From Camelus dromedarius (taxonomy: Eukaryota), in NCBI RefSeq assembly GCF_036321535.1, contig NC_087438.1:5954001-6018000 (forward strand): a stretch of 64,000 nucleotides of DNA, in the 5' to 3' direction. The stretch's first letter is position 1, and each line of letters opens with the position of its first letter. Under the pieces are notes generated by a model. The model saw only the letters and a list, made by a program, of their open reading frames with translations. It had not been told where the DNA came from and did no database searches. This document shows positions 52,050 through 63,180 of this stretch, one piece after another. Both the position numbers and the translations under genes were made by a program.

Positions 52050-53290
52050 TATGAAACTATGTAAAACCTATCTGCACCTCGAATACGTGGAGAGAGATTC
52101 AGTCTTCCCATTTGGGCAGATCCAGGAATGAAAAGAGAACAGTCCCGCCATAATTACAATATCAGACCAGCAAATCTTGATAAAACATTTCCCAGGAGCT
52201 CTTTCATTTATTTTATTTATTTTTCATTTATTGATAATTTAATTATAAATTCATCTGGGAAAAATTCCCCAGCAATAATCAGAGACCTACAAAACAATAA
52301 AGGGACTTGCCTTACCAAGCAGCAAGGCACATTATAAATCCAGAGCCATTAAACCATGGTATTGATATTGAAATATGAAATTCAGTCATTGAAACATAAT
52401 ACACAATATTGAGAGACCATATATATATATATAAAAGCAATTTTTCACAAAGGTGATATTTCAAATCAGTAATAAAGGAATCACAAAAAATAAATTCCAG
52501 AAATATCAAAGAAATAAATATAAAAGAAAGCAAAGCTATAAATGTATTATAAGAAAATTAAAGAAATTAATTTTAATATTGGGATAAAAATAACTTTGTG
52601 ATCAAATAGGAAATGAGAGGTTTTTTTCCCTATATCTAACCACCATAAGGAAACAAAGGTAAATTTGACATCATGAAAATATGTTTCAATAAGACAAAGT
52701 CACTATGAAATTAAAATAAGAGCTAAAGACTGGAGAAATATTTGCAGCATGTGTAAGGAAAAGGATTACTATTTAGAGTGTATTTAAAAATCTATATAAA
52801 TATTCAAAAAACATTAAAATCCAGTAGATGAGGACACCATGAGTGGAGAAAGGGAATTCAGATGAGAGGAAACTTCAAGGACCCACAAATACACACAAGG
52901 TCCAACCCTCTGCCTGAGAGCTGAATATGCGAAAATAATATCGAAGTATAATTTTGTTACATAAGATCTACAAGATTGAAAAATATAAGAATGGCACCAT
53001 CTAATTTTGTTGACCATGTAGGGACATGGGTACTGTCATTCTTTGGGGGATGGACTGGTCCAGCCTTCCAAGTACAACCTGAGTCTTTATGGACATGATC
53101 AACGTGCTACACTTTTAATTCATCATTTTCACTTCTCCAAATCTAATCTTAAAACATATGCACATGGGAAAAGAGAACTCACGATAGCCACAAACTTTTC
53201 GTTGCACCTTTGTATTTAGTAATAAAATATGGGGTGGGGAGCATTGTTACAATCATCTCCAGGAAAATGGTTACACAGTCACATTGTGAA
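52050..53290 (+). mobile_element. Very old L1 (L1ME-like) ORF2/3' remnant
   Basis: A-rich + strand with 'aattataaattcatctgg', 'gggacttgccttacca', 'attaaaccatggtattg', 'gactggagaaatatttgca'. Confidence 0.65.
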
Positions 53291-53695
53291 GAAGAACAGG
53301 GCAATCTCTCCACTGGTCAGCCTCCCTCAAATTCTAGACTCCTCAAAGGTAGCCATGCTAAAATGTAGCGTCTGTCTTCCTTGAACTTTAAATACAGCAT
53401 GTCCAGTTTTATTCAGAAATGATATATACAGATATGTGTATGCATATATACAAATTTGTATATGTATACATACAAGTATGCACATATAAACATTTATTAT
53501 GTAAATGTATATACAAATAATAAATAGCTTTGTTTCATGTATATTTTTATAAGCACAAAGCATTTTACTAGCTATATTATTTTGTAATTTGTATTTTTCA
53601 GTTATGAAGGTTGTGAAGGTATTCCTATAATATCCCGTACAATTCTTCTTCTTTGTTTTAAAAACTCCTAATTGTCTGTAAGGCATAAGAAAATG

Positions 53696-53757
53696 GTGTG
53701 TGTGTGCGCGCGTGCGAGCGTGTCCGTGCACACGAGCGTACGCACGTATGTGCGCTT
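53696..53757. repeat. Alternating purine-pyrimidine (TG/CG) tract
   Basis: gtgtgtgtgtgcgcgcgtgcgagcgtgtccgtgcacacgagcgtacgcacgtatgtgcgc. Confidence 0.85.
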
Positions 53758-55691
53758 GCATCTGGGCGGGTTATTTTTCACTCGTTAAACCAGACTTGAA
53801 TTTCTGGGATAAATAAACCCAAATTGATCACGTGCATTTACTTTTTGTTCATTTTAACTTGCTGGCTTTGTGAATAATCTGTTAAAATTTTGTATTCACA
53901 TTCAAGCAAGGATCCTCCTGCGGCTTGCTTTTCTAGCACTGCTTTTCCGGTCATTAGCAGCAATGTGTTAAACGCCACGTTTTTGTGTTTCCCGCGTGAT
54001 CTAACGGAGCCTTATGCTCCTTTGCTATTTGATACGCTTGTTTGCTCCGGCTGCTTACCTGCGACATAATCCTGTTGTCACACTTTTCATTACACTTTGA
54101 TGATAATAATAATAGTACTGATATTGGCCTGGAATTCCTATTTTGTAGAGACAGTGTAATGCATTCAGCTTTAACCCTGAACACAAAATCTTTGTTATTG
54201 TGAGTTCGTTCATTCTGTGCGGCTTTAATGAGCTCTGTGTTAATGGGCCTCACGGTCAAAACATCAGGCACCGCTTTGAACAGTGAGGGGCAAAGGTGCA
54301 AAATAATTAGTTGCTATTTTAGGCCTCAAGGTCTTTCAGTGACAATAGGGAGAGGAGAGGGCAAAACAGAGTAATGAGGAAAGGACTTTGCCCAGCAGGA
54401 CATGGGCGTAATTAATTTAGCTCAAGTTAATGTGAAAAGAGTGGAAAATGGACTCAAAATGCTTATACTCCTGCATGCATTTTTAATTGTGAAGCTTTTC
54501 ATTAGAGATTTTGCTTTATCCCAGTAACTAACACATCTATTTATTTTAATGAAGATACTCTATAAACCTGAAGCCAAAGAAAGGAACACCATCACTTATT
54601 CATTTTAAACCATCCATTCTTTTATTTAACCAAATGATAAACGTTGACAATAAAGGCATAACATGTGAAATACAATGGAAGGGAAACACTTCTAAATAAA
54701 TACATTCCACCAATGATATAGTCACTTTCTTCATGATTTACCAAGATGCCTCATTTGTGATTTTCAGTTATGCTTATGTTTTAATTAGTATTTTTGTGAT
54801 GCTTTCAGTGAGGACCATGAAGCAGATTCAAGGTCCTGCATACATTTCAAATAGCCCTGAGAGATCAGAAGAAATATGGGTAGTTTTCTACTGACTCTAA
54901 AAAGGAGAAAAAATAATTTAAACAGTGTATGAGCATTACAAAGAGATTGCTAACAGGTTTGTAGATTTTTCTAAGAAACAACTTTCTGAATAGCTAGCTT
55001 ACAACCCAAGACAGCATCAAAGTGAAGAGAGAACGTAATTTATCATGAAGTCTCAATGAAAGCGTCTCTACAAAATCAGATTTCTCAAGCTCTCTTTTCA
55101 TCTCGGTTTCTGACCTAGAAACTTCACCAAAGCCTCTTTTTGTGTGTAGACATTTTTATTAAGAGTACATGTATAACACACACTGAAAGTGATGTAACAA
55201 CGTACAGCAAACTAGCCCATAACCCGTTGTGTGGCCGCATCGTGGGCAGCGGTAACGGTGAGCCAAGCAGTGAGAGACTCACTTTTCCATCAGTGCGTCT
55301 TCAGAAAGCCCTGTGGCTTTTCTAGTATGTTTCTTCAATTCTAAAATAGTCATTCTCTGTCTCACTTTATCAGATCCTCTGTAAAGAGGACCTCATCTTG
55401 GAAAACTTGAAACACTATGATAATATTAATTTTAATTCAATCACATCAAGTATTTCCTAAATTCCCATCTCAAGGTGCTGCAGTTGACACTGGTGTGATG
55501 CTGCCAACATTTCCCACGAAGCACCAGGGCATCAGATCTTACTCTGCGTAAATCCAGGGATACACAGATGTGCCTGTGGACTCCTGCAGGGGGATGTATA
55601 TTTGGAAAAGGGGGCAGCGCACTGAGCTTAAACCAGGAAAATGGTATCTCTACTTCCTTTCAACCACTGAGATAATTGTAGATTCATGTGC

Positions 55692-55885
55692 TCTTAGTCG
55701 GGGCTGCTGTAACAAGACATCACAATGGGTGGCTAAAACCGTAAACTTTTATTTCACGTATTTCTGGATTCTGAGAGTCTAATATCAAATGCCAGCAGAT
55801 TGGGTGTCTGGTTAGGGCTCTCTTCTTGGTTCACAGATGGCCACTTTCTCATGTGACCTCACATGGCAAATTGAGAGAGAGAGAG
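55692..55885 (-). mobile_element. MaLR LTR fragment (MLT1A-like)
   Basis: 'tcttagtcggggctgctgtaacaagacatcacaatgggtggc...gccagcagattgggtgtctggttagggctctcttcttggttcacagatggcc'. Confidence 0.8.
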
Positions 55886-56770
55886 AATTTTTCTTTATTT
55901 TCTTCTCAGCTCCTAGATAATGATAACTACCATCTAACTTTTTGTCATCTGAGTCCCAACTTTTGTAAAGGCTGCCCTACCCATAGCATCAATTTGGGGC
56001 CAGGATGTGCCCATCCACCTTCCTAAATGCCCCTAAATGGCATCTGAGCTTCTGATAACTTTCACTGCTCATGTTCCGCTGCCCCTGCAGAGAAGCACCT
56101 GCTCCCACACTGTTCTCAATGACCAATGCCCACTGGGCTGACCCAGGAATGATTTTTGTGTCAGCTCCTCTAGACTCCATGGACCATGCTGGGAGCTGTG
56201 CTCAGATGGTGATTATTCTCGGCTTCAGTCATGGCCCCATGAAAGGCAGAACTTTAGAGATGAAAAGTCCTGGATCTCATTACCAGTCCCCACCTCAGAC
56301 GTGAACGCTAGAATTTGAAGGCTCTTCCTATGCTTTTGCAGCTTAACTAGGCCATCGGTATCCCCTACCTGAAGGCTGCACTAATTACGGTGCTAAGATG
56401 CATGGCTATATTTCAGTTAATTGAGTTCATTTGCTAGCTTGCAAAAAATAAAAAAATTTTAAAAACTGCAATTAGCAAAAGAAATTGTGCATGTTGTATT
56501 TTTTGCAGGTCAGCTTTGAAATAATAACTGTTTGATCTGCTCTAAATAAAATGAGAAAAACAGTCCATGCTGAACTATTCGTAGGCAGAGGTGATGAACA
56601 TATGTTTCTAATCTTAGTTCTTGACAATCACTAACAATATACTTCAGCTACGAAATGAGCATCTGGCTCAGAGAATAAAGAAACTAGCTGGCTTGACGTG
56701 GGAATGAAGTTCCTAGGCTCCGATTTTCATGACTGCTGTAGTCTTGTTTTTTCTGGCTTTTCCCATCCAG

Positions 56771-56918
56771 TAAAAGGATGCTGCTTACCCATGCGCGTGG
56801 TACTGTGTGGACAGCCTGGGTGCCCTCAGCTTACACCACACTTCAGGTGGAAGGAGATTATTGGTTCTCTTCGCAGCTGCCGCATCTGGATGTGATCAGG
56901 TGGCTTGATTTGCTTCAG
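56771..56918 (+). other. Candidate spliced exon (lncRNA or unrecognised coding)
   Basis: Pyrimidine tract 'tcttgttttttctggcttttcccatccag|' and perfect donor CAG|GTAAGT at 56918/56919; 148 bp; one frame open throughout. Confidence 0.45.
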
Positions 56919-59900
56919 GTAAGTGTGAAGCATGATGGGAGAGGGGTGTTGATTGCCATCTGCCCTGTAAGGAACTGTGGGCTCAAAGTGGAAGAGGAGT
57001 TTGATCATCAGGATGTTGGGTTTCTTTTTCAGCCACAGTTGCTTTACTGCTGTCAGACTATGTGCAATGTATTTCATTTTTTGGCACATCTGTTATTTAT
57101 GTTTTTTATTCCTAACCTTAGGTGTACAATACTGGCTTTGCATTGTAATTTATAGAAACATTGTTTTTAAGGTTTCTCTGATGATTGAGTCAAACTCTGA
57201 GATGTACAAGGTCCTCAGGTGACCCCTGTGAACATTAAAGTTCGGGGATGCTGGGGAAAGCGGGGAGGCATAGCAACAGCGCCAAGGATTTTCAACTTGT
57301 CTGCTGAAGGGAAGCTGAGCCAGGAGCGGAGGGCTGGAGCTGAGGTGGTGCACCAGCCCCTCTGGGGAAGGCGTGTCAGGGGTCCCCCCCCCCTTGACCC
57401 ACTTTGACCTCAGCTGGCCTCTTGCTTGAGGACTCATCTCATTGGTGTTGCCTTAGGACCCGCCAGCCTCCCTGGGGACACAGGTCACTAAGATGCAGGC
57501 ACTTCCTTTCCAAATCACATTCTTCAAATGCTGATCCTCATCCCGGCAGTGAGGGCCGGATATGTTCTTTGTCTCTCTTACACCTTTGCCCTTCTGAGAC
57601 CCCTGGGATTTTTGTGAAGCTGCATCTTCCTCTGGAGTTACAAGGGGACCCTTGTCCGAGGCTTGCCTTCTTCCCTGGGCCACTCACTGGAATGTGACCA
57701 CAGGTTCTCTGCTCCCAGGAGGCTTTTAAAAAATCTTCACAGTATCTTGTCCAGGGGGGCTGGGGACTAGAGGGCAGATCCTCTAAGTTCATCTATTTCT
57801 CTCTAAACTTCAGTTCCATTCAGGCAGGAGAAGTCCGGTTCTGTCTGCCTGGACACCCCTCAGGCCCCTCTGTCCCCACCTACGTATACGTTAATTTACC
57901 TGATTTCCCTCCCCAGCCAGGGGTGAATGGCCACCTCTGTGTCTCGCCTGCACTGAGGTGGTCATAGGGGAGAAGAAACAAACATGTGGGCTATTTTCTC
58001 AAATTTACTTTCACCCCTGAAGATGAAAGCAGCTGATAGGAGGGGTTCTGCCATCCACGAGGTTACCTTTGCCAGCTGTGTTATGTAGACCCCTGCTTGA
58101 AGCAGATCAGTGCATTTTAGACTTTAAAGAAGTGTGCCTAGATGCAGGATGAGCAGAAGGGCAGGAGAAAGACAGAGACAAGACTGAAGGGCTAGTGGCT
58201 TTCACCAAGGACGGGGTCCGGATCTGTCCCCGGGTGCAACACAAGTGGACTGCCTGGTTGAAGACAGCGGGTTGGTATGGGTGAGACTAATCTCATTCCA
58301 GTTGTCCACTAGCTTACTTATTTTGGAATAACCTCTTGAGCAGGGAAGTTACTTTACAGAGAATTTGCAACTCAAAATATTTGGTTTTCCATTATTTTTG
58401 CAGTCTTTAAAGAGAGCGGTGGTCTCCTCTAAGACTCTGCAGACAGGCTTTTTTCCTGATACAGCACAGCACACCTGCTGGCTGGGAGTTCCGGTTTGAC
58501 TGTGCAGGTGTGTGAGTGCCCGGCTCCCTGGGGGAGACTGGTGTGCACTGGCTCAGTGCGGGACATGACGGATCCCCTTCGCGGTGGAGACAAGGGTTGA
58601 GACCTCATTAGTAAGCAACGCTAGGCTTCCACTTCTTCAGAGTGGTGAGCTTCCTCTGGTTCTCTCTCCTCATCCCCCACGAGGGAGTTAGACAGGACTC
58701 ACTTCCCCACGTGCTTTCAATTAAAAAATCATAGTAGATGGGTCCATCATTATCTCAGCCAGTACTGACTGGCCTTTCCTAACAAAGTGTGGAATTGGAT
58801 CTATAAAGCACTGATTTATGCAGCATCCCGTAAACATATGTTCTTGCACAAAACAACGTAAAATCCAACTCTAGGTGTTTAATGACACATGGGACTTTGT
58901 CTCACCTACAAGTAGAATGAGAACAGTTTGCATTCGTCAATGGACCCCCGGCTGTGTGCCTGTGAACATTCTCTGAGGAACCCTGCCCGCCACACACACA
59001 CAACGTAAATCTTCCCTATCTGCCCAGGGCCCTCTTCACTTCGCTTCCCACCTGCGCTATAAATCTCCTTCGTGTGGGCCAGCTGAATGGCTTATTGCAA
59101 TTTGGTGAGCAAAAACCCCATAAAGCAAATCTGCTAGGGTGACCTCCCCATTCATCAACCTGGCCCCACGGATCAGCCCCGTTAAACGCCTGGACAAACT
59201 TTCTCGGGAACTCTGACGTCAGCTTTGGGACACGCTCCTGGAAAGAGGAGCGAGAGAGAAATTTCACGGGAAACCGGTGTCTAGAGGGAACTAGATGTGT
59301 ACCTGTGTTTCCCATTCCCACCCCACCAGTAAAACCGAGACCTTTGCTTCATGGACAGGAGACTGGTGCTCATAATAGTAAAAGTGAGTGCTCAGAGGCT
59401 CATGAGAGTGTGCAAGTGTGCTGGTCTCTAAACCAGCTACTTCTGGAAAGAACCTGTACATTTGAAGAGAATAAGAGTTGGCGGTTCGCCAGCATCCTCG
59501 GAGTACTTATTATCCCAGTGAAACGAACTGTTGCGTAATTGGGCCACAAAGATCTTTCAGGGGCCCCCTCTTCCCACACAGCAAGAACAAACTTGTAGGA
59601 AACCACTTTTGTTTGTAAACATTACTGGAGATTCTGGATGCAAAAATAAGCTCCCACTTCATCTTTTGTATTTCAGGTTTATATACCTTGAAATGTAAGT
59701 TATTCTCATAGAGCAAGCAAGGTATATATCTTTATATAAGTTATCTAGAGTATAAGAGGAACTTTTAGTATCTACTTCTGTATTGCTTATATTGAAAGAA
59801 AGCAAAGTTCTGAAATTCTGGTTAAAAATACTGCAGAGTCTTTTTGGGTCAGTTTAGGGTAAATAAATCCATGAAATAGCTTATATTCTTCCTTTAGTAA

Positions 59901-60365
59901 TGTGTCTTGATTTTAGCTATTTTGTAGCATGTTTTAAAGCCTGCATGATCTATTAATATTTTTATTTGACTGTAAGATTATTGTCCCAAAGTTGCATCCT
60001 TAAATTACCTTTATTTCAGAATGGTTCCTTTGTTGCTTGTTAGGATTACAGTATTAATAGACAGTCTTAATAGTATGATAGACTTAATAGAACTTGGAAA
60101 TTGAGAAGCGAAAATAAACATCAGTGCAATCCATCTGAGGTTAAAGTTTGTATAAGTGATTATGATAGCAGGTCTTGTGAGGGATCACAAGAAAAAAAAA
60201 ATCACAGGAAAAATGATTACACTCATTGGCAGTAGTAAATCAGTTATTTTAGTAATTTATTCAATAAAATTTGTTTTCATTTCAACTATGTCTTTGCTCC
60301 TGTCTTCACTGCTGGGTATGAAAATTTGGAGAACAACAGTCTGTGCCCCCAGAAGCTCTTGGTCC

Positions 60366-60598
60366 AGGACAAAGTTGCTCAAACTCAGCACTATTGATAC
60401 TTTGGGCCAGATGATTCTCTGTTGTGATGGGGAGGGTGGTGTGCACTGCAGGATTTTAGTCACATCCTTGGTCTACACCCATTAGATGCCAGCAGAGTGC
60501 CCTCCGCCAGCAGTGACAATCAGACATGTCCTTAGAGTTTGCAAGTTTCTCAACTGTCCCCTGGGAGGCAAAATCACATTTAAGGAGCACTGTCCTAG
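60366..60598. mobile_element. MER20 (hAT-Charlie) DNA transposon
   Basis: 'ctcaaactcagcactattgatactttgggccagatgattctctgttg...ggtctacacccattagatgccagcag...gtgacaatcagacatgtc...tgtcccctgggaggcaaaatcac'. Confidence 0.85.
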
Positions 60599-61506
60599 TG
60601 GGACAGAGAGGTTGTTCGAGTCAACGATCTGTGCTAAGCGATGGGAGAGCTCAGGGTGCTGAAGGAACGCTGTGAACTGACTCCACACCAGGGCTAAGAG
60701 AGGCAAAGTGGCCTTGATGGCTTGTCTGGATGGCAGCTCATTCAGGAGAAACAGGCTAAAAATTTTGACTTAATTTGGTAGGAATTGAGATACCTCTAAA
60801 GACTTATTCTCCGCAAAGTGACAAGATGAACATTTTCATTATCAGCCAGTTTATCTGTTCTGAGACCTGAAACTTGTTTATGACTTTAAGCTGGGGAAGA
60901 TTTTCTTAAACATCGTCCTATATTTTTCCACAAGTGTTTTGCCTCCCACGTTCATACAGCACATCTCAGCGATTCTAGACGGAGGGACTGATCCGATCTT
61001 ACTTCCTCTGTGTGGTGAGGAAGGTTTCCAGCCTGGTGGTCCTGAGCTGGGGTGTCCAGGCTCTGACCCACTGTGGTTTGCAGTCCAGGCTCCCTGTACA
61101 CTTCCTTATTGGCCTGTTTGCCTGTATCTTCCAAAGTGCCAGACTCTGGCTTTGCAATATTATCTTCCATCTAGTAGAGGAAGTCCTCCCTTTTTCTTCT
61201 TTAGAACTGGTTCATAAATCTAGAGAGATTTGTTCTGCCATAAATTTGAAAGCCATCCAACTCCTGCTCCCAAATTGTTTAGGTTTCTATCAGCCAATGA
61301 ATATTTTTTGCTTTATTTGATAAGGATGGATATCTTAATGTTTGCCCATGCGTCTTTATCTACACTTCTGTTTCACTGAATAACTTGCTCACCAAAGAGC
61401 CAATATATTTAGCGTAATTCTTGGCTATGTGATAATAGAATGTTTATGCAAATGGTATCTTATTGAAGTTTCTAAGCACATTTTCTGCATTGCTTAGGTT
61501 TATGGG

Positions 61507-61597
61507 TTTTTTAATTCTTATTTTTTTATTGAAGTGTAGTCGATTTACAATGTTAGTTTCATGTATACAGCAAAGCAATCAGTTATACATATACATA
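61507..61597 (-). mobile_element. Ultra-short artiodactyl-type L1 3' tail (older subfamily)
   Basis: 'ttttttattgaagtgtagtcgatttacaatgttagtttcatgtatacagcaaagcaatcagttatacatatacata'. Confidence 0.8.
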
Positions 61598-61830
61598 CGT
61601 ACGTACAGGTGTATGTTTTGATCTTTACAGCTACTTTATACTCACACTTTATTAGTCTTTCTGCTGATTCTTCTGATTTTTGTATGTATCCTATTTAAAT
61701 ATACCCTGCAGATAACAGTATTTGACTTTTTTCTCCTAATTCTTATATTGCTTATTTTTCTTTTTGTAAAAGTATTGAGTAAAATTATCTAAGATGGAAA
61801 TATTTATAGATTCAGCTATATTATAATTTA

Positions 61831-61945
61831 AAAAAAGAAACAAGATATAACTGAAAAATTGTGCTCTACACTGGAATTTGACACATTATAAAATGATTAT
61901 AAATCAATAAAAATGTTAAAAAATAAAAAGAAAAAAGAAACAAGA
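61831..61945 (+). mobile_element. Ultra-short young L1 insertion with 15-bp TSDs
   Basis: TSD aaaaaagaaacaaga at 61831-61845 and 61931-61945, preceded by a ttt|aaaa L1-endonuclease site; insert 61846-61930 matches 19931-20020. Confidence 0.95.
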
Positions 61946-61949
61946 GTCG

Positions 61950-62790
61950 TGATTAAGCAGAAATTTGTATTTGTTTCTTATGTAAAAGGACCAATGACTA
62001 GTATCTAAAATATTGTAGCAACTCCTAAAATCAATGTGGATAAAGAAATATCCAGTAGATAAATTATCAATGAATCTGAAAAGGCAGGACATAGTTTAAA
62101 AAATCTGAATGCCCAATAAGTTTGAGCATTTATTTCTCCCTGTGTTTATTAATAATGAAAGGATAGTATATTTAAAATTAAAATACTACTTTATGTTTCC
62201 CTTTTGCTAAAGTTTAAAAAGTTAGATACAAAACTCATTGTCAAGGCAATATGGACATAAAGTTTTAGTGAGAGTCTGAATTAAGGCAGCAATTCTGAGG
62301 GAAAATTCAAGCATTTAATAAACCATGGTATATATTTAACTTGAAAAAAAGCTCTTCCACCACCAAGGTATATAGTCAAAAGGAGCTCTGAGTGAATAAC
62401 TTATTGTGCATGGTGAACTGAAAGGAGATGCTAAAAATACCCGACCTACAGCAGGCATTAACCATGGTTGACCCAGTCAAACCTGGATATCTGGTCACCC
62501 TCCCTTAGGAACTCTCATGCAAGTTCAAAGACATCTAAGAGATGCTAATTTTATCATTATAATATTGGAAAGTGGAAGAGTCTGGATCTACCAATAAAAT
62601 GGACCAAAAATACTGGTGTGTAAGTATCTTGAAATACTATAGAATAGTCCAAAGTAGTACCCGTCTACATATCAATGTTGATTTACCTCAAAAGCAAATT
62701 TGGATTTAAAAAGTGTATTATATATGGGATTATATATTTATATAATATATGTACATCGAAACCACTATTTGCTTGCTATTTGTTTGTACA
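61950..62790 (+). mobile_element. Very old L1 (L1ME-like) remnant
   Basis: 'gactagtatctaaaatattgtagcaactcctaaaatcaat', 'ttgtcaaggcaatatgga', 'atatcaatgttgatttacctcaaaa'. Confidence 0.5.
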
Positions 62791-62797
62791 TACATAG

Positions 62798-63180
62798 TAT
62801 TTTAGTCTGTTTGGGTTGCCATAACAGAATGCCATAGACTGGGTGACTTAAAAAACAGAAATCGTCTCCCAGTTCTGGTGGCTGGAAGTCCCAGGTTAGG
62901 TTCCAGCATAGTCAGATCCTGGCGAGGGTTCCCTTCCTGGCTCGCAGATGGCCTCTGCCTTGCTACAAGCTCACATGGCCTTTCTTCAGTGTGAATGTGG
63001 ATGGAGTGAGAGGGAGAGAGCTCCCTTCCTCTTTTTATAAGGCCGCCAGTCCTATTGGATTAAAACCGTACCATTAAGACCTCATTTAACCATAATTACC
63101 TTCTAAGAGCTAGTGGTTATGTTGGGAGTTAGGGCTTCAACATATGAATTAGATGAAGAAACAAAATTTAGTCCATAGTA
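62798..63180 (-). mobile_element. MaLR solo LTR (MLT1A0-like)
   Basis: 'ttagtctgtttgggttgccataacagaatgccatagactgggtgactt...cagttctggtggctggaagtcc...gggagttagggcttcaacatatgaatt...agtccatagta'. Confidence 0.9.

Noticed and set aside
53327..53761. 144-aa minus-strand ORF
   Set aside because: Built from (CA/CG) and (TA) low-complexity repeats (HAR.. and YIYI.. runs).
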